DNA of 33,805 nucleotides from a virus. Below the pieces are notes generated by a model. That model worked only from the letters and a program-made list of their open reading frames with translations, had not been told where the DNA came from and made no database searches. The stretch lies in IMG/VR virus record IMGVR_UViG_3300001748_000001; one strand, written 5' to 3'. Position 1 is the stretch's first letter, and the number at the start of each line of letters is the position of its first letter. The translations under genes were made by a program, and so were the position numbers. Below are positions 1-7,060 of the stretch, piece by piece.

Positions 1-85
1 GTGGAACAACATTAATAGACAATGGTGCTTTAGATGCTGGAGTACCAACAGGAAGTTTAATATTACTTTCAACTCAAACAGCAAG
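1..85. repeat. End overlap: nt 1-85 identical to nt 33721-33805 (circular closure or terminal redundancy of the contig)
   Basis: Direct comparison of both ends gives 85/85 identity. The repeat lies inside a CDS that reads continuously across the junction. Confidence 0.95.
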
Positions 86-620
86 TGCAAGTGCATCTAT
101 TGAATTTACATCTGGTATAGATTCTACTTATGATACTTATGTTTTTAAATTTTATAACATTCATTTAGCATCAGATGACAAAACTTTTACTTTTCAAGCA
201 AGTACTGATGGGGGAAGTTCTTATGGAATAACAACTACAAATTCTAGATTTAACGCAAGTCATAAAGAAGATGATTCATCTACAAGTTTAGGATATGCTT
301 CAAACCAAGATTTAGCACAAAGTACAACTTTTATAAATTTAGCACATGGTATAGGTTCTGATAATGACCAATGTTTTTCAGGAACATTAACAATATATAA
401 TCCTAGTTCAACTACTTTTGTTAAACATTATTTAGCAACAAATTCTATTTGTCATTCTTCAGATAGAATGGATAATACTTTTTTAGGTGGATATTTTAAT
501 ACTACAACAGCATTAAATGCTTTTAAATTTCAAGGTTTTACCATTGCTGGTGGTGGAGGAATAACAACACCAAATATAAACATAGATGATGGAATAATCA
601 AAATGTATGGAGTAAAATAA
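1..620 (+). CDS. Paralog A of a ~200-aa tail-fibre-adjacent protein family. This is the C-terminal part; the gene starts at 33705 and wraps the junction.
   Basis: Open frame from nt 3 to TAA 618-620, missed by the ORF track because it has no in-window start. Translation GTTLIDNGAL..QTASASASIEFTSGIDSTY..STDGGSSY..NPSSTTFVKH aligns with ORFs 630-1229 and 33048-33650. Confidence 0.8.
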   Translation, partial: GTTLIDNGALDAGVPTGSLILLSTQTASASASIEFTSGIDSTYDTYVFKFYNIHLASDDKTFTFQASTDGGSSYGITTTNSRFNASHKEDDSSTSLGYASNQDLAQSTTFINLAHGIGSDNDQCFSGTLTIYNPSSTTFVKHYLATNSICHSSDRMDNTFLGGYFNTTTALNAFKFQGFTIAGGGGITTPNINIDDGIIKMYGVK

Positions 621-629
621 GGAGTAATC

Positions 630-1229
630 ATGGGTTTAATATCTAACGGCACAACAATATTCGACAATGGCTCAATGGCATCTGGCTTTGGTGGTAATTT
701 AAACTTTATCTCAAAACAAACTGCTAGTGCATCTGCTAGTATAGAGTTCACATCTGGTATTGATAGTACATATAAGGAATATGTTTTTTTCTTTAACAAT
801 ATGCACCCTAGTAATGATGTTTCACAATTACAATTTAATATGAGTACAGATGGTGGTTCTAATTATAATGTAACTAAAACATCAACAGCTTTTAGAGCAA
901 GTCACCCAGAAAATGATGCTTTTACTTTTTTGGGTTATCAAGGAAGTTATGACCTTGCACAAGGAACAGGCTTTCAACCTATTACATTAGAAGATGGTAA
1001 TGAAAATGATGAATGTTCATCTGGTTCTTTAACTTTATTCAATCCTTCATCTACAACTTTTGTAAAACATTTTATATCAAGATTTGCTTCTACAACTTAT
1101 TTTCCAGAAATACATGATGTATTTGTTTCTGGTTATGGAAATACTACCAACAGTATTAATGCTATAAAATTTCAATATTCTAGTGGCAACATAGATAGTG
1201 GTCAGATATTGCTATTCGGAGTAAATTAA
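630..1229 (+). CDS. Paralog B of the same family (candidate distal tail / receptor-binding accessory protein)
   Basis: ATG preceded by AAGGAG. Shares ISNGTT, QTASASASIEFTSGIDSTY, STDGGSNYNVTKT, DLAQ, NPSSTTFVKHFISR, GYGNTT and SGNIDSG blocks with the other two copies. Confidence 0.8.
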   Translation: MGLISNGTTIFDNGSMASGFGGNLNFISKQTASASASIEFTSGIDSTYKEYVFFFNNMHPSNDVSQLQFNMSTDGGSNYNVTKTSTAFRASHPENDAFTFLGYQGSYDLAQGTGFQPITLEDGNENDECSSGSLTLFNPSSTTFVKHFISRFASTTYFPEIHDVFVSGYGNTTNSINAIKFQYSSGNIDSGQILLFGVN

Positions 1230-1246
1230 TTTATAAGGAGAACATT

Positions 1247-1543
1247 ATGCACAAATTAGTAAATGGAATACAAGTACCTCTAACACCAGAGGAAATCGCA
1301 CAAAGACAACAAGATGAAATCGCTTGGAACAATGGTGCATTTGATAGAGCTATGGCAGATTTAAGAAGTAAAAGAGATAGACTTCTTGCTTCATGTGATT
1401 ACACAGTACTACAAGATAGCACATACACAGATGCACAAGTTGCTGAATGGGTTATCTATAGACAAGCATTAAGAGATATAACAAATGGTTTAACTACTGT
1501 TGCTGATGTTGAAGCTGTTGTATTCCCAACTAAACCTGCGTAA
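1247..1543 (+). CDS. Tail(-fibre) assembly chaperone-like protein
   Basis: 98 aa with RBS AAGGAG. The C-terminal pattern RDRLLASCDYTVLQDS...WVIYRQALRDIT resembles the phage tail assembly chaperone family (from memory, unverified). It sits directly after the fibre and paralog genes. Confidence 0.55.
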   Translation: MHKLVNGIQVPLTPEEIAQRQQDEIAWNNGAFDRAMADLRSKRDRLLASCDYTVLQDSTYTDAQVAEWVIYRQALRDITNGLTTVADVEAVVFPTKPA

Positions 1544-1764
1544 TGAAATTTATATTAGCCTTTAGCATCTGCTCAGCTATCACAGGCTATTGTAATACTA
1601 CAGCAACCCTACCTACAAAGTTTGACTCCTGGTCTGAGTGTGTAGGTGCAGGTGGTAAACTAATCATTGATGCTTCCATAAAATTAGAAGAACAATTTAA
1701 TACAGATAAATTATATGTAACTTATTTTTGCAATGAGAAGATGACCAATGAGAAAGACAGTTAA
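1543..1764 (+). CDS. Small secreted/membrane Cys-containing protein
   Basis: TAATG overlap with the upstream gene. Hydrophobic N-terminus MKFILAFSICSAITGYC (signal-peptide-like, no canonical lipobox) and several Cys residues. Confidence 0.45.
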   Translation: MKFILAFSICSAITGYCNTTATLPTKFDSWSECVGAGGKLIIDASIKLEEQFNTDKLYVTYFCNEKMTNEKDS

Positions 1765-1996
1765 AAAGAAATCATTAAAACAAGCGGTAGAGGATAACAA
1801 TGCTATCCGTATATCTTACCATGAAAAGGTTTGTGCTGAAAGAATGAAAACCTTATTCAAAGCAATAGATGAAATGAGAAAAGACATCAGAGATTTAAAA
1901 GCTGATGTAAATAAAAGCAAAGGCGGATTCAGAGTTCTACTTCTGATTGGTGGAGCTATAGCTTCCTTGCTAGGCTACATTAAATATAATGGCTAA
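1748..1996 (+). CDS. Small protein with a charged helical N-terminal part and a C-terminal transmembrane anchor
   Basis: 82 aa with C-terminal FRVLLLIGGAIASLLGYI. Overlaps the upstream ORF by 17 nt and lies near the lysis genes. Confidence 0.45.
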   Translation: MRKTVKKKSLKQAVEDNNAIRISYHEKVCAERMKTLFKAIDEMRKDIRDLKADVNKSKGGFRVLLLIGGAIASLLGYIKYNG

Positions 1997-2025
1997 AAAA
2001 AATAAAATTTTTTTCAGAAATTATT

Positions 2026-2331
2026 ATGGCTAACAGAAGAAAAAAGGCAATAGTAGGTTTAACTACCGAACTTGCTGCACAACTCCGACTTGCAAAAGAT
2101 CCTAATATACTTGTGTTCACACCACTTGGCGGTCTTGGTCCAGTAGATATTGTAACTTTAAACATGACAACAGGTGAGTATACTGCTTATGATGTTAAGG
2201 CAAAAAATTATAGAAAGAGAAATAGTTATGTTGCACCCGATGGATATAAAAGAAATCTTAAAGGATCATTTATATCAAGAGGTACAACCAAAGAACAAAA
2301 GAAACTAGGAGTGAAAATAATATACGAATGA
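2026..2331 (+). CDS. Small basic protein, possible PD-(D/E)XK / VRR-NUC-like nuclease fold
   Basis: GPVDIV...(x14)...YDVKAK resembles a D...(D/E)xK motif, and a distal TKEQKKLG resembles the VRR-NUC Q region. Weak assignment made by eye only. Confidence 0.3.
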   Translation: MANRRKKAIVGLTTELAAQLRLAKDPNILVFTPLGGLGPVDIVTLNMTTGEYTAYDVKAKNYRKRNSYVAPDGYKRNLKGSFISRGTTKEQKKLGVKIIYE

Positions 2332-2795
2332 AATTATCAAAGAACTTTACATTAAAAGAAATGACTAAGTCTGATTTTGCAATCAGAAATGGTATCGCTA
2401 ATGAACCTAACATGGATCAGATTGTTAAGTTAAAAGAGTTATGCCAAAAATTATTACAACCCGTTAGAGAAAAGTTTGGTCCAGTAATTGTAACTTCTGG
2501 TTATAGATCTCCAGAACTTTGTGCCAAGATTGGAAGCTCATTGAATAGCCAACACGCAAAAGCAGAGGCGGTAGACTTTGAAGTTATAGGATTTGATAAT
2601 GCAGATATTGCTTATTGGATTAAAGATAACATTGAATGTTGGGATCAAATGATCCTTGAGTTCTATACACCTGGCGAACCTAACTCTGGATGGGTGCATT
2701 GCAGCATATCAGATAAACCTAGAAAACAATTCTTGAGAGCATTTAAAGAAGATGGTAAGACGAAGTACAAACCAATAATTGGAGACATAAGATAA
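2328..2795 (+). CDS. Endolysin, peptidase M15 (VanY / L-Ala-D-Glu peptidase-like) family
   Basis: SGYRS...SQHAKAEAVD (H-x6-D zinc motif) plus distal GWVHCS. ATGA overlap with the upstream gene. Confidence 0.8.
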   Translation: MKLSKNFTLKEMTKSDFAIRNGIANEPNMDQIVKLKELCQKLLQPVREKFGPVIVTSGYRSPELCAKIGSSLNSQHAKAEAVDFEVIGFDNADIAYWIKDNIECWDQMILEFYTPGEPNSGWVHCSISDKPRKQFLRAFKEDGKTKYKPIIGDIR

Positions 2796-2796
2796 A

Positions 2797-3174
2797 ATGT
2801 GGTTGAAATTATTATCGATGGGTATAAAGACGGGTTCTCACCTGTATCAGAATAGACAAAGAACTAAGATGCTTATGTCTGATGCAGAAAGATTACACGC
2901 AGAGAAGTTAGCTAATGGAGAGCTGGAATATAAAAAAGAAATTATTAAGAGCAATGATCAAGGTTTCAAAGATGAATTTGTATTATTGCTTGTATCTGCT
3001 CCTATTCTTTTATTGGTGTGGAGTGTGTTTAGCGACGATCCAGATATTAAATTAAAACTAGACTTATTCTTTGAATACTTTAATGAGCTGCCAATGTGGT
3101 TTCAAATACTATTTGTATCTGTAGTGGGTGCAATTTATGGTATAAAAGGAACTGAATTAATTAAGAGGAAATAA
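2797..3174 (+). CDS. Holin-like membrane protein (two predicted TM helices)
   Basis: Immediately downstream of the endolysin. Hydrophobic segments FVLLLVSAPILLLVWSVF and MWFQILFVSVVGAIYGI. Confidence 0.5.
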   Translation: MWLKLLSMGIKTGSHLYQNRQRTKMLMSDAERLHAEKLANGELEYKKEIIKSNDQGFKDEFVLLLVSAPILLLVWSVFSDDPDIKLKLDLFFEYFNELPMWFQILFVSVVGAIYGIKGTELIKRK

Positions 3175-3175
3175 T

Positions 3176-3292
3176 ATGTCACAACAAATACCTACAATGT
3201 TTGTATCTCAATACAGCAAAAAGAAACCTACACTTCTTGCACAGCAGACTGGTAAGAAGAAAAAGAAAAAGAAATATAAGAAGAAGAAGTAA
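3176..3292 (+). CDS. Tiny Lys-rich protein (38 aa)
   Basis: ATG 1 nt after the holin-like stop. MSQQIPTMFVSQYSKKKPTLLAQQTGKKKKKKKYKKKK. Below the ORF-track cutoff. Confidence 0.35.
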   Translation: MSQQIPTMFVSQYSKKKPTLLAQQTGKKKKKKKYKKKK

Positions 3293-3325
3293 TGGCTTTT
3301 CTAAAGAAAAGAGATAGGTAAACCT

Positions 3326-3460
3326 ATGGCAAAGCAAAAGTTCACACATTTTATACCAAGAGAGAAACCTAAAAAGAGAAAAGGTGTGCATAAAAAATCT
3401 CAATCAAAGTCGGAGAAGAGACAAAAGAAACAAACAAGATACAAAGGTCAAGGTAGATGA
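3326..3460 (+). CDS. Tiny basic protein (44 aa)
   Basis: MAKQKFTHFIPREKPKKRKGVHKKSQSKSEKRQKKQTRYKGQGR. Its TGA overlaps the next ATG (ATGA coupling). Confidence 0.4.
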   Translation: MAKQKFTHFIPREKPKKRKGVHKKSQSKSEKRQKKQTRYKGQGR

Positions 3461-3591
3461 TTGACAGATGGTTATATACTTTTTTTGGTTGGATAGATTC
3501 ATGGTTTTATTGGGTAGAAAAACAATTCATTAAACAAAAGAAGAAAAAAAAGAAAAAGAATAATCCAGATGATTGGAGTGGTATCGTATGA
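3457..3591 (+). CDS. Tiny protein with a Trp/aromatic-rich N-terminus and a poly-Lys tract (44 aa)
   Basis: MIDRWLYTFFGWIDSWFYWVEKQFIKQKKKKKKKNNPDDWSGIV. ATGA overlaps at both ends. Confidence 0.4.
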   Translation: MIDRWLYTFFGWIDSWFYWVEKQFIKQKKKKKKKNNPDDWSGIV

Positions 3592-3752
3592 GAGACACTA
3601 AGATTATTGAAATGTTTAATAAGAAGTTAGAAAAAAAATTAAAAGAACTAGAACTATTTAAACTTCTAAAGAAAGAAGTTAATGTAGGTGCTAATGGTAC
3701 ACAAGATTATGTAATTAAAAAAGGTATCAACAAAGGTAAAGTTGCAAAATGA
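3588..3752 (+). CDS. Small Lys-rich helical protein (54 aa)
   Basis: MRDTKIIEMFNKKLEKKLKELELFKLLKKEV... ATGA overlaps with both neighbours. Confidence 0.4.
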   Translation: MRDTKIIEMFNKKLEKKLKELELFKLLKKEVNVGANGTQDYVIKKGINKGKVAK

Positions 3753-3943
3753 AAATTGATATTAAATGGATTATAGGATTTATAGGTAGTGCATTGTTTG
3801 GTTTATGTACTTGGGTTCTAGTATCTATTGTCGATTTAAAAGAAGATACAAACTATATTAAAGGTGAATTGTTTGGAATTGATAAAGCTATTGGTAGAGT
3901 ATATAATTACATTAATGGAAGCAGAAATAGTCCAGCAGAATAG
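3749..3943 (+). CDS. Small membrane protein (one TM helix)
   Basis: 64 aa. WIIGFIGSALFGLCTWVLVSIV is hydrophobic. Translationally coupled to the upstream ORF. Confidence 0.5.
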   Translation: MKIDIKWIIGFIGSALFGLCTWVLVSIVDLKEDTNYIKGELFGIDKAIGRVYNYINGSRNSPAE

Positions 3944-3945
3944 TT

Positions 3946-4200
3946 ATGGCATATAAAACTAAAGCATGGCAAAGAAAAGCAGGAAAGAATCCTAAAGGTG
4001 GATTGAATGCTAAAGGTAGACGAAGTTATAACAAAGCTACTGGTGGCAATCTAAAAGCACCAAGTAAAAAAGTAGGCAACAAAAGAAGAGCTAGCTTCTG
4101 TGCAAGGATGAAAGGCATGAAGAAGAAATTGACATCAGCTAAGACTGCAAGAGATCCTAACTCAAGAATTAATAAAGCACTTCGTGCTTGGAATTGTTAG
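3946..4200 (+). CDS. Conserved-looking very basic protein of unknown function
   Basis: 84 aa. KAWQRKAGKNPKGGLNAKGR...SFCARMKGMKKKLTSAKTARDPNSRINKALRAWNC resembles a widespread phage/bacterial DUF (from memory, not verified). Confidence 0.55.
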   Translation: MAYKTKAWQRKAGKNPKGGLNAKGRRSYNKATGGNLKAPSKKVGNKRRASFCARMKGMKKKLTSAKTARDPNSRINKALRAWNC

Positions 4201-4493
4201 TGAAAAAAACCTGGGTTAAAAAGAAATCAACAGTATTAGTTTGTGGTTATTGTAAAGAATGCAATAAAGAACTATTGAGTAATCAAGGTGGATGGATTAT
4301 AACCTATACCAAGAAATATTTTTGCCATGATGGTAAAGATGGTTCTTGTTTTGATAATTATTGTGAACGCAAATATAAGGAGAACAACAATGCCAATGGT
4401 AGGAAAAAAGAAGTTCAGCTATACGAAAGCTGGAAAGAAAAAAGCAAAAGCATACGCAAAGAAAAAGGGTATGAAGATGAAATCAAAAGGTAA
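4188..4493 (+). CDS. Cys-rich (zinc-ribbon-like) small protein; start uncertain (TTG 4188 or GTG 4200)
   Basis: CGYCKEC...C...C..C pattern. The 3' third overlaps a well-initiated alternative-frame ORF (4390-4500). Confidence 0.4.
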   Translation: MELLVKKTWVKKKSTVLVCGYCKECNKELLSNQGGWIITYTKKYFCHDGKDGSCFDNYCERKYKENNNANGRKKEVQLYESWKEKSKSIRKEKGYEDEIKR

Positions 4494-4500
4494 ATACTAA
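4390..4500 (+). CDS. Tiny Lys-rich protein (36 aa) nested in another frame of 4188-4493
   Basis: Perfect AAGGAG (4377-4382) 7 nt upstream of the ATG. MPMVGKKKFSYTKAGKKKAKAYAKKKGMKMKSKGKY. Confidence 0.45.
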   Translation: MPMVGKKKFSYTKAGKKKAKAYAKKKGMKMKSKGKY

Positions 4501-4634
4501 TGCCAAAAAAAGGTTTGTACTACAACATCAATCAGCGAAAGAAAAAAGGGATCAGTAGATCTAAAAAGAAATCTACTATCTCTGCTAAAGCATACAGAAA
4601 TATGTTGATGGGTTTTCCTAAGAAGAAGTCTTAG
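4500..4634 (+). CDS. Tiny basic protein (44 aa)
   Basis: TAATG coupling to 4390-4500. MPKKGLYYNINQRKKKGISRSKKKSTISAKAYRNMLMGFPKKKS. Confidence 0.4.
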   Translation: MPKKGLYYNINQRKKKGISRSKKKSTISAKAYRNMLMGFPKKKS

Positions 4635-4803
4635 TTAATCTTTTTATTTTAAACTCTAGCTGCCTAACATACAAACGCATATCATCTAGTTTGTGTTCAA
4701 GATCTTCGATCTTTAATCGATAACGAAGATGCCAATTAACTCCGACTATAGTATTCCTTTTAGTTCTTGAAACTCTTGCCATATCGTTTGCTCCCCATCC
4801 CAA
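4618..4803 (-). CDS. Small coiled-coil protein; the start is more likely the internal ATG at 4782
   Basis: Last ORF of the leftward block. Overlaps the end of the DnaA-like gene and, convergently, 4500-4634. Confidence 0.3.
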   Translation of the reverse strand: MGWGANDMARVSRTKRNTIVGVNWHLRYRLKIEDLEHKLDDMRLYVRQLEFKIKRLTKTSS

Positions 4804-5234
4804 AATCTTTGCTTGTTATGTTTCATTCGTAATGAATGTAAAACTGTTGTATGATCCTGTCCAAAAAATCTACCAATATTAGATAGGTTCATATTATATT
4901 TTTCACTCAATAGATTGTGTATGATGTTTCTAACTCTCACTACATCTTGAGTTCTAGTTTTAGAAAACAAATCTTTCTTACTCACTTGATACCTTTGGCA
5001 GACCTTATCAATAATTAAATATACTTTATCTTTAGGTACAGAATAGGAGTGAGCTATAATCTTTCTTGGTTTAAACTCTTGTTTAGTTTTGCTGATATGA
5101 AACTTGGCTAATCGATAGCCATTCTTAAAAGCATTTTTATAAATTAATTTTTCTTTCTTAGTTAAGCTAGAATAATGTCCAGCTTTCATGGCAAGTTTAA
5201 TCTCTTTAAACTTTGTACTTTCAATTTTAGTCAT
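4746..5234 (-). CDS. DnaA C-terminal (domain IV) DNA-binding domain protein without an AAA+ module
   Basis: SKTRTQDVVRVRNIIHNLLSEKYNMNLSNIGRFFGQDHTTVLHSL matches the DnaA domain IV signature (R..v..R....yL......sl..IG..fg.rDHTTV.h). Confidence 0.75.
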   Translation of the reverse strand: MTKIESTKFKEIKLAMKAGHYSSLTKKEKLIYKNAFKNGYRLAKFHISKTKQEFKPRKIIAHSYSVPKDKVYLIIDKVCQRYQVSKKDLFSKTRTQDVVRVRNIIHNLLSEKYNMNLSNIGRFFGQDHTTVLHSLRMKHNKQRFWDGEQTIWQEFQELKGIL

Positions 5235-5353
5235 AGATCCCCTATAGCCTTTCTTGTTTTTTTACAACTTTAAAGTTAATAGTTTAATTTGCCATTAACT
5301 GTTCTTTTGTCTGCTCAATTTCCCAAAGTAATTTATAAGAATCTTGTTGATAC

Positions 5354-5608
5354 TTATTTACTTTTTGTTTCGCTTCCAGATACTTCCGATGTTTCTTCTC
5401 TTGAAGATCCTTCAGCTTTTGCAGACGCATCTTGATGTTTTCCATCATGCTCCTTTGTTACTTTTGCAAAATCAAATCTAAGATTATGGATCTTGCATTC
5501 TACAAACTCTCCTCTGTTCGAGTTGTTTGCAGCTTTTTGTATATCATCAAAGAGTTCAATCATTTCAAAATGACATTCCCCATTAATAATTCGTTTGTAT
5601 TTTGTCAT
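5354..5608 (-). CDS. Hypothetical protein
   Basis: 84 aa. ATGA overlap with the upstream gene 5605-5901. Acidic/Ser-rich C-terminal tail. Confidence 0.45.
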   Translation of the reverse strand: MTKYKRIINGECHFEMIELFDDIQKAANNSNRGEFVECKIHNLRFDFAKVTKEHDGKHQDASAKAEGSSREETSEVSGSETKSK

Positions 5609-5901
5609 TTTTTATCCTGTTTGTCTATATCTTTTTTATGTAAACTAAATGCCATATCATTATAGATACTCATGTCATGGTAATTATCTGCTTTATATCC
5701 TCGTGTGGATCTAAATAATTTTAATGCCATCATAATATGACCTACTTGGTGTGGTTTAATTCTTTTTTTTAAATTATCAGCAAGGACCAATGTAAACATT
5801 TCTGCTAACATGGTAAAATTATATTCAAAGTTGCCGTAATCTTTTTCTCTATCCTCGACTATTTTTTTTTTAATTTCTTTATCTAGTTCTGTTACTTTCA
5901 T
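5605..5901 (-). CDS. Hypothetical small helical protein
   Basis: 98 aa. The pattern REKDYGNFEYNF...HQVGHIMMALKLFRS...DNYHDMSIY recalls small phage helical DUFs (unverified). Confidence 0.45.
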   Translation of the reverse strand: MKVTELDKEIKKKIVEDREKDYGNFEYNFTMLAEMFTLVLADNLKKRIKPHQVGHIMMALKLFRSTRGYKADNYHDMSIYNDMAFSLHKKDIDKQDKK

Positions 5902-6002
5902 AATTTGTTTTTAAAGGTGTGCCAAAGAAAAAACAAAGAGGGATTGGCAAAGAAAGGGATAGATGCCAAATGTAAACCCTAAAAAACTTCGACACACCAT
6001 TG

Positions 6003-6029
6003 AATTACAATCTAGTATCGATTGTAATT
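6003..6029 (-). terminator. Perfect 10-bp stem / 7-nt loop hairpin at the 3' end of gene 6012-6350 (attenuator, terminator or processing site)
   Basis: AATTACAATC (6003-6012) pairs with GATTGTAATT (6020-6029). On the minus strand a T-run (GTTTTTT) follows about 15 nt downstream. Confidence 0.35.
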
Positions 6030-6350
6030 GTTTTGTTTATAGTCTGAACCTTGACCTTTTGCAAATCTATTATTGCTTCCAAAAGATTTCTGCTGTCCGC
6101 TAGGCTTGGCAGATGTCGATCCAGAATTTGAAGGTGTCAAGACGACATTGATAATACCTGTTGGATTACCTTGTTCATCTAGGTCCTCAAATGCAGCTTG
6201 ATTGTACCAACTTTCCCCTATCTTTACTCCAAGTCTCCAGGTTTTACCCTCTGGACTTTTAGGATTAATTGGTGCAACAAATACTGGTCTGTTGTCTCCT
6301 GCTTGTTTGTCTGCGTTATGTGTAAGTTTTATATATATCTTATCACTCAT
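6012..6350 (-). CDS. Possible ssDNA-binding protein (by position only)
   Basis: 112 aa immediately downstream of the annealase gene (stop/start overlap). Gly/Ser/Asn/Gln-rich tail. No motif recognised. Confidence 0.25.
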   Translation of the reverse strand: MSDKIYIKLTHNADKQAGDNRPVFVAPINPKSPEGKTWRLGVKIGESWYNQAAFEDLDEQGNPTGIINVVLTPSNSGSTSAKPSGQQKSFGSNNRFAKGQGSDYKQNNYNRY

Positions 6351-7060
6351 TATATAACTCCTTGTTGGTTAAGTTTAGTCTCATGCACATCATACAAATC
6401 TGTGACTTGTCGATATACTCTGAGATTTTTATTAGGATCAAATAAGCTAGGATTTTCTTTTCTAAATTTCCTTAGAGCATAAATATCTTTAATAGATTTT
6501 ATGGCATCTCTTACTTGATTCATATCAATGTTCATATCAACATTGGCATGACCTGTACCACTAATAGTGGACCTCTCACTTATGTGAGCTGTACCACTCA
6601 TTCTTTGTTGTGGAATATTGTTAGTAGGTTTAGTGTTAGTTGGTTTAAAAGGTGCTGCCTTATAACCATCATCATTATCCAAACCTGTTTTTAAATTAAG
6701 TGCATTTAAGAATGCGTACTTCTTGGCATAAGACATACCATTACCTGTACCAAACTTATCTAAGTTTCCCATTGCACTACATCCTGTAATATCGACATAG
6801 CTTTCTGGGTTTTCAACATCGTGTATTCTCATTGCACAAGTAACCATGACAAAGTTTTCTTTAATCTCATTGGTGTAATTACAGACAGGATATAATCCAT
6901 TGTTTAGTAATGACTCCATTGCAACCTTTTGTACTTCATCATGTTGTAAAGGATTGAAGTGCATACCAGGAACTTTCTTTCCTTTTGCAACACCCCCCGC
7001 TTCACAAGCTGCTTTGTGTAGTTTTTGATATATGTTTGTTTTCATGCGTCTAACCCCCAT
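6350..7060 (-). CDS. Single-strand annealing protein, Erf/Rad52-like
   Basis: N-terminal NIYQKLHKAACEAGGVAKGKK... and GMSYAKKYAFLNALNLKTGLDNDDG resemble the Erf-family core. Sits between the exonuclease and the SSB candidate. Confidence 0.5.
   Translation of the reverse strand: MGVRRMKTNIYQKLHKAACEAGGVAKGKKVPGMHFNPLQHDEVQKVAMESLLNNGLYPVCNYTNEIKENFVMVTCAMRIHDVENPESYVDITGCSAMGNLDKFGTGNGMSYAKKYAFLNALNLKTGLDNDDGYKAAPFKPTNTKPTNNIPQQRMSGTAHISERSTISGTGHANVDMNIDMNQVRDAIKSIKDIYALRKFRKENPSLFDPNKNLRVYRQVTDLYDVHETKLNQQGVI

Noticed and set aside
530-799. 89-aa minus-strand ORF spanning the paralog A/B junction
   Set aside because: It is antisense to two well-supported paralogous CDSs, with no RBS and a hydrophobic nonsense-like translation.
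1997-2025. A8-TAAA-T7 inverted repeat after ORF 1748-1996 as a terminator
   Set aside because: The stem is purely A:T and very weak, it lies within a co-directional operon, and it cannot be distinguished from AT-rich spacer.
3179-3403. 74-aa minus-strand ORF (Phe/Leu-rich)
   Set aside because: It is the mirror image of AAG/AAA-rich plus-strand micro-ORFs that are chained by ATGA overlaps. There is no RBS and it runs opposite to all neighbouring genes.
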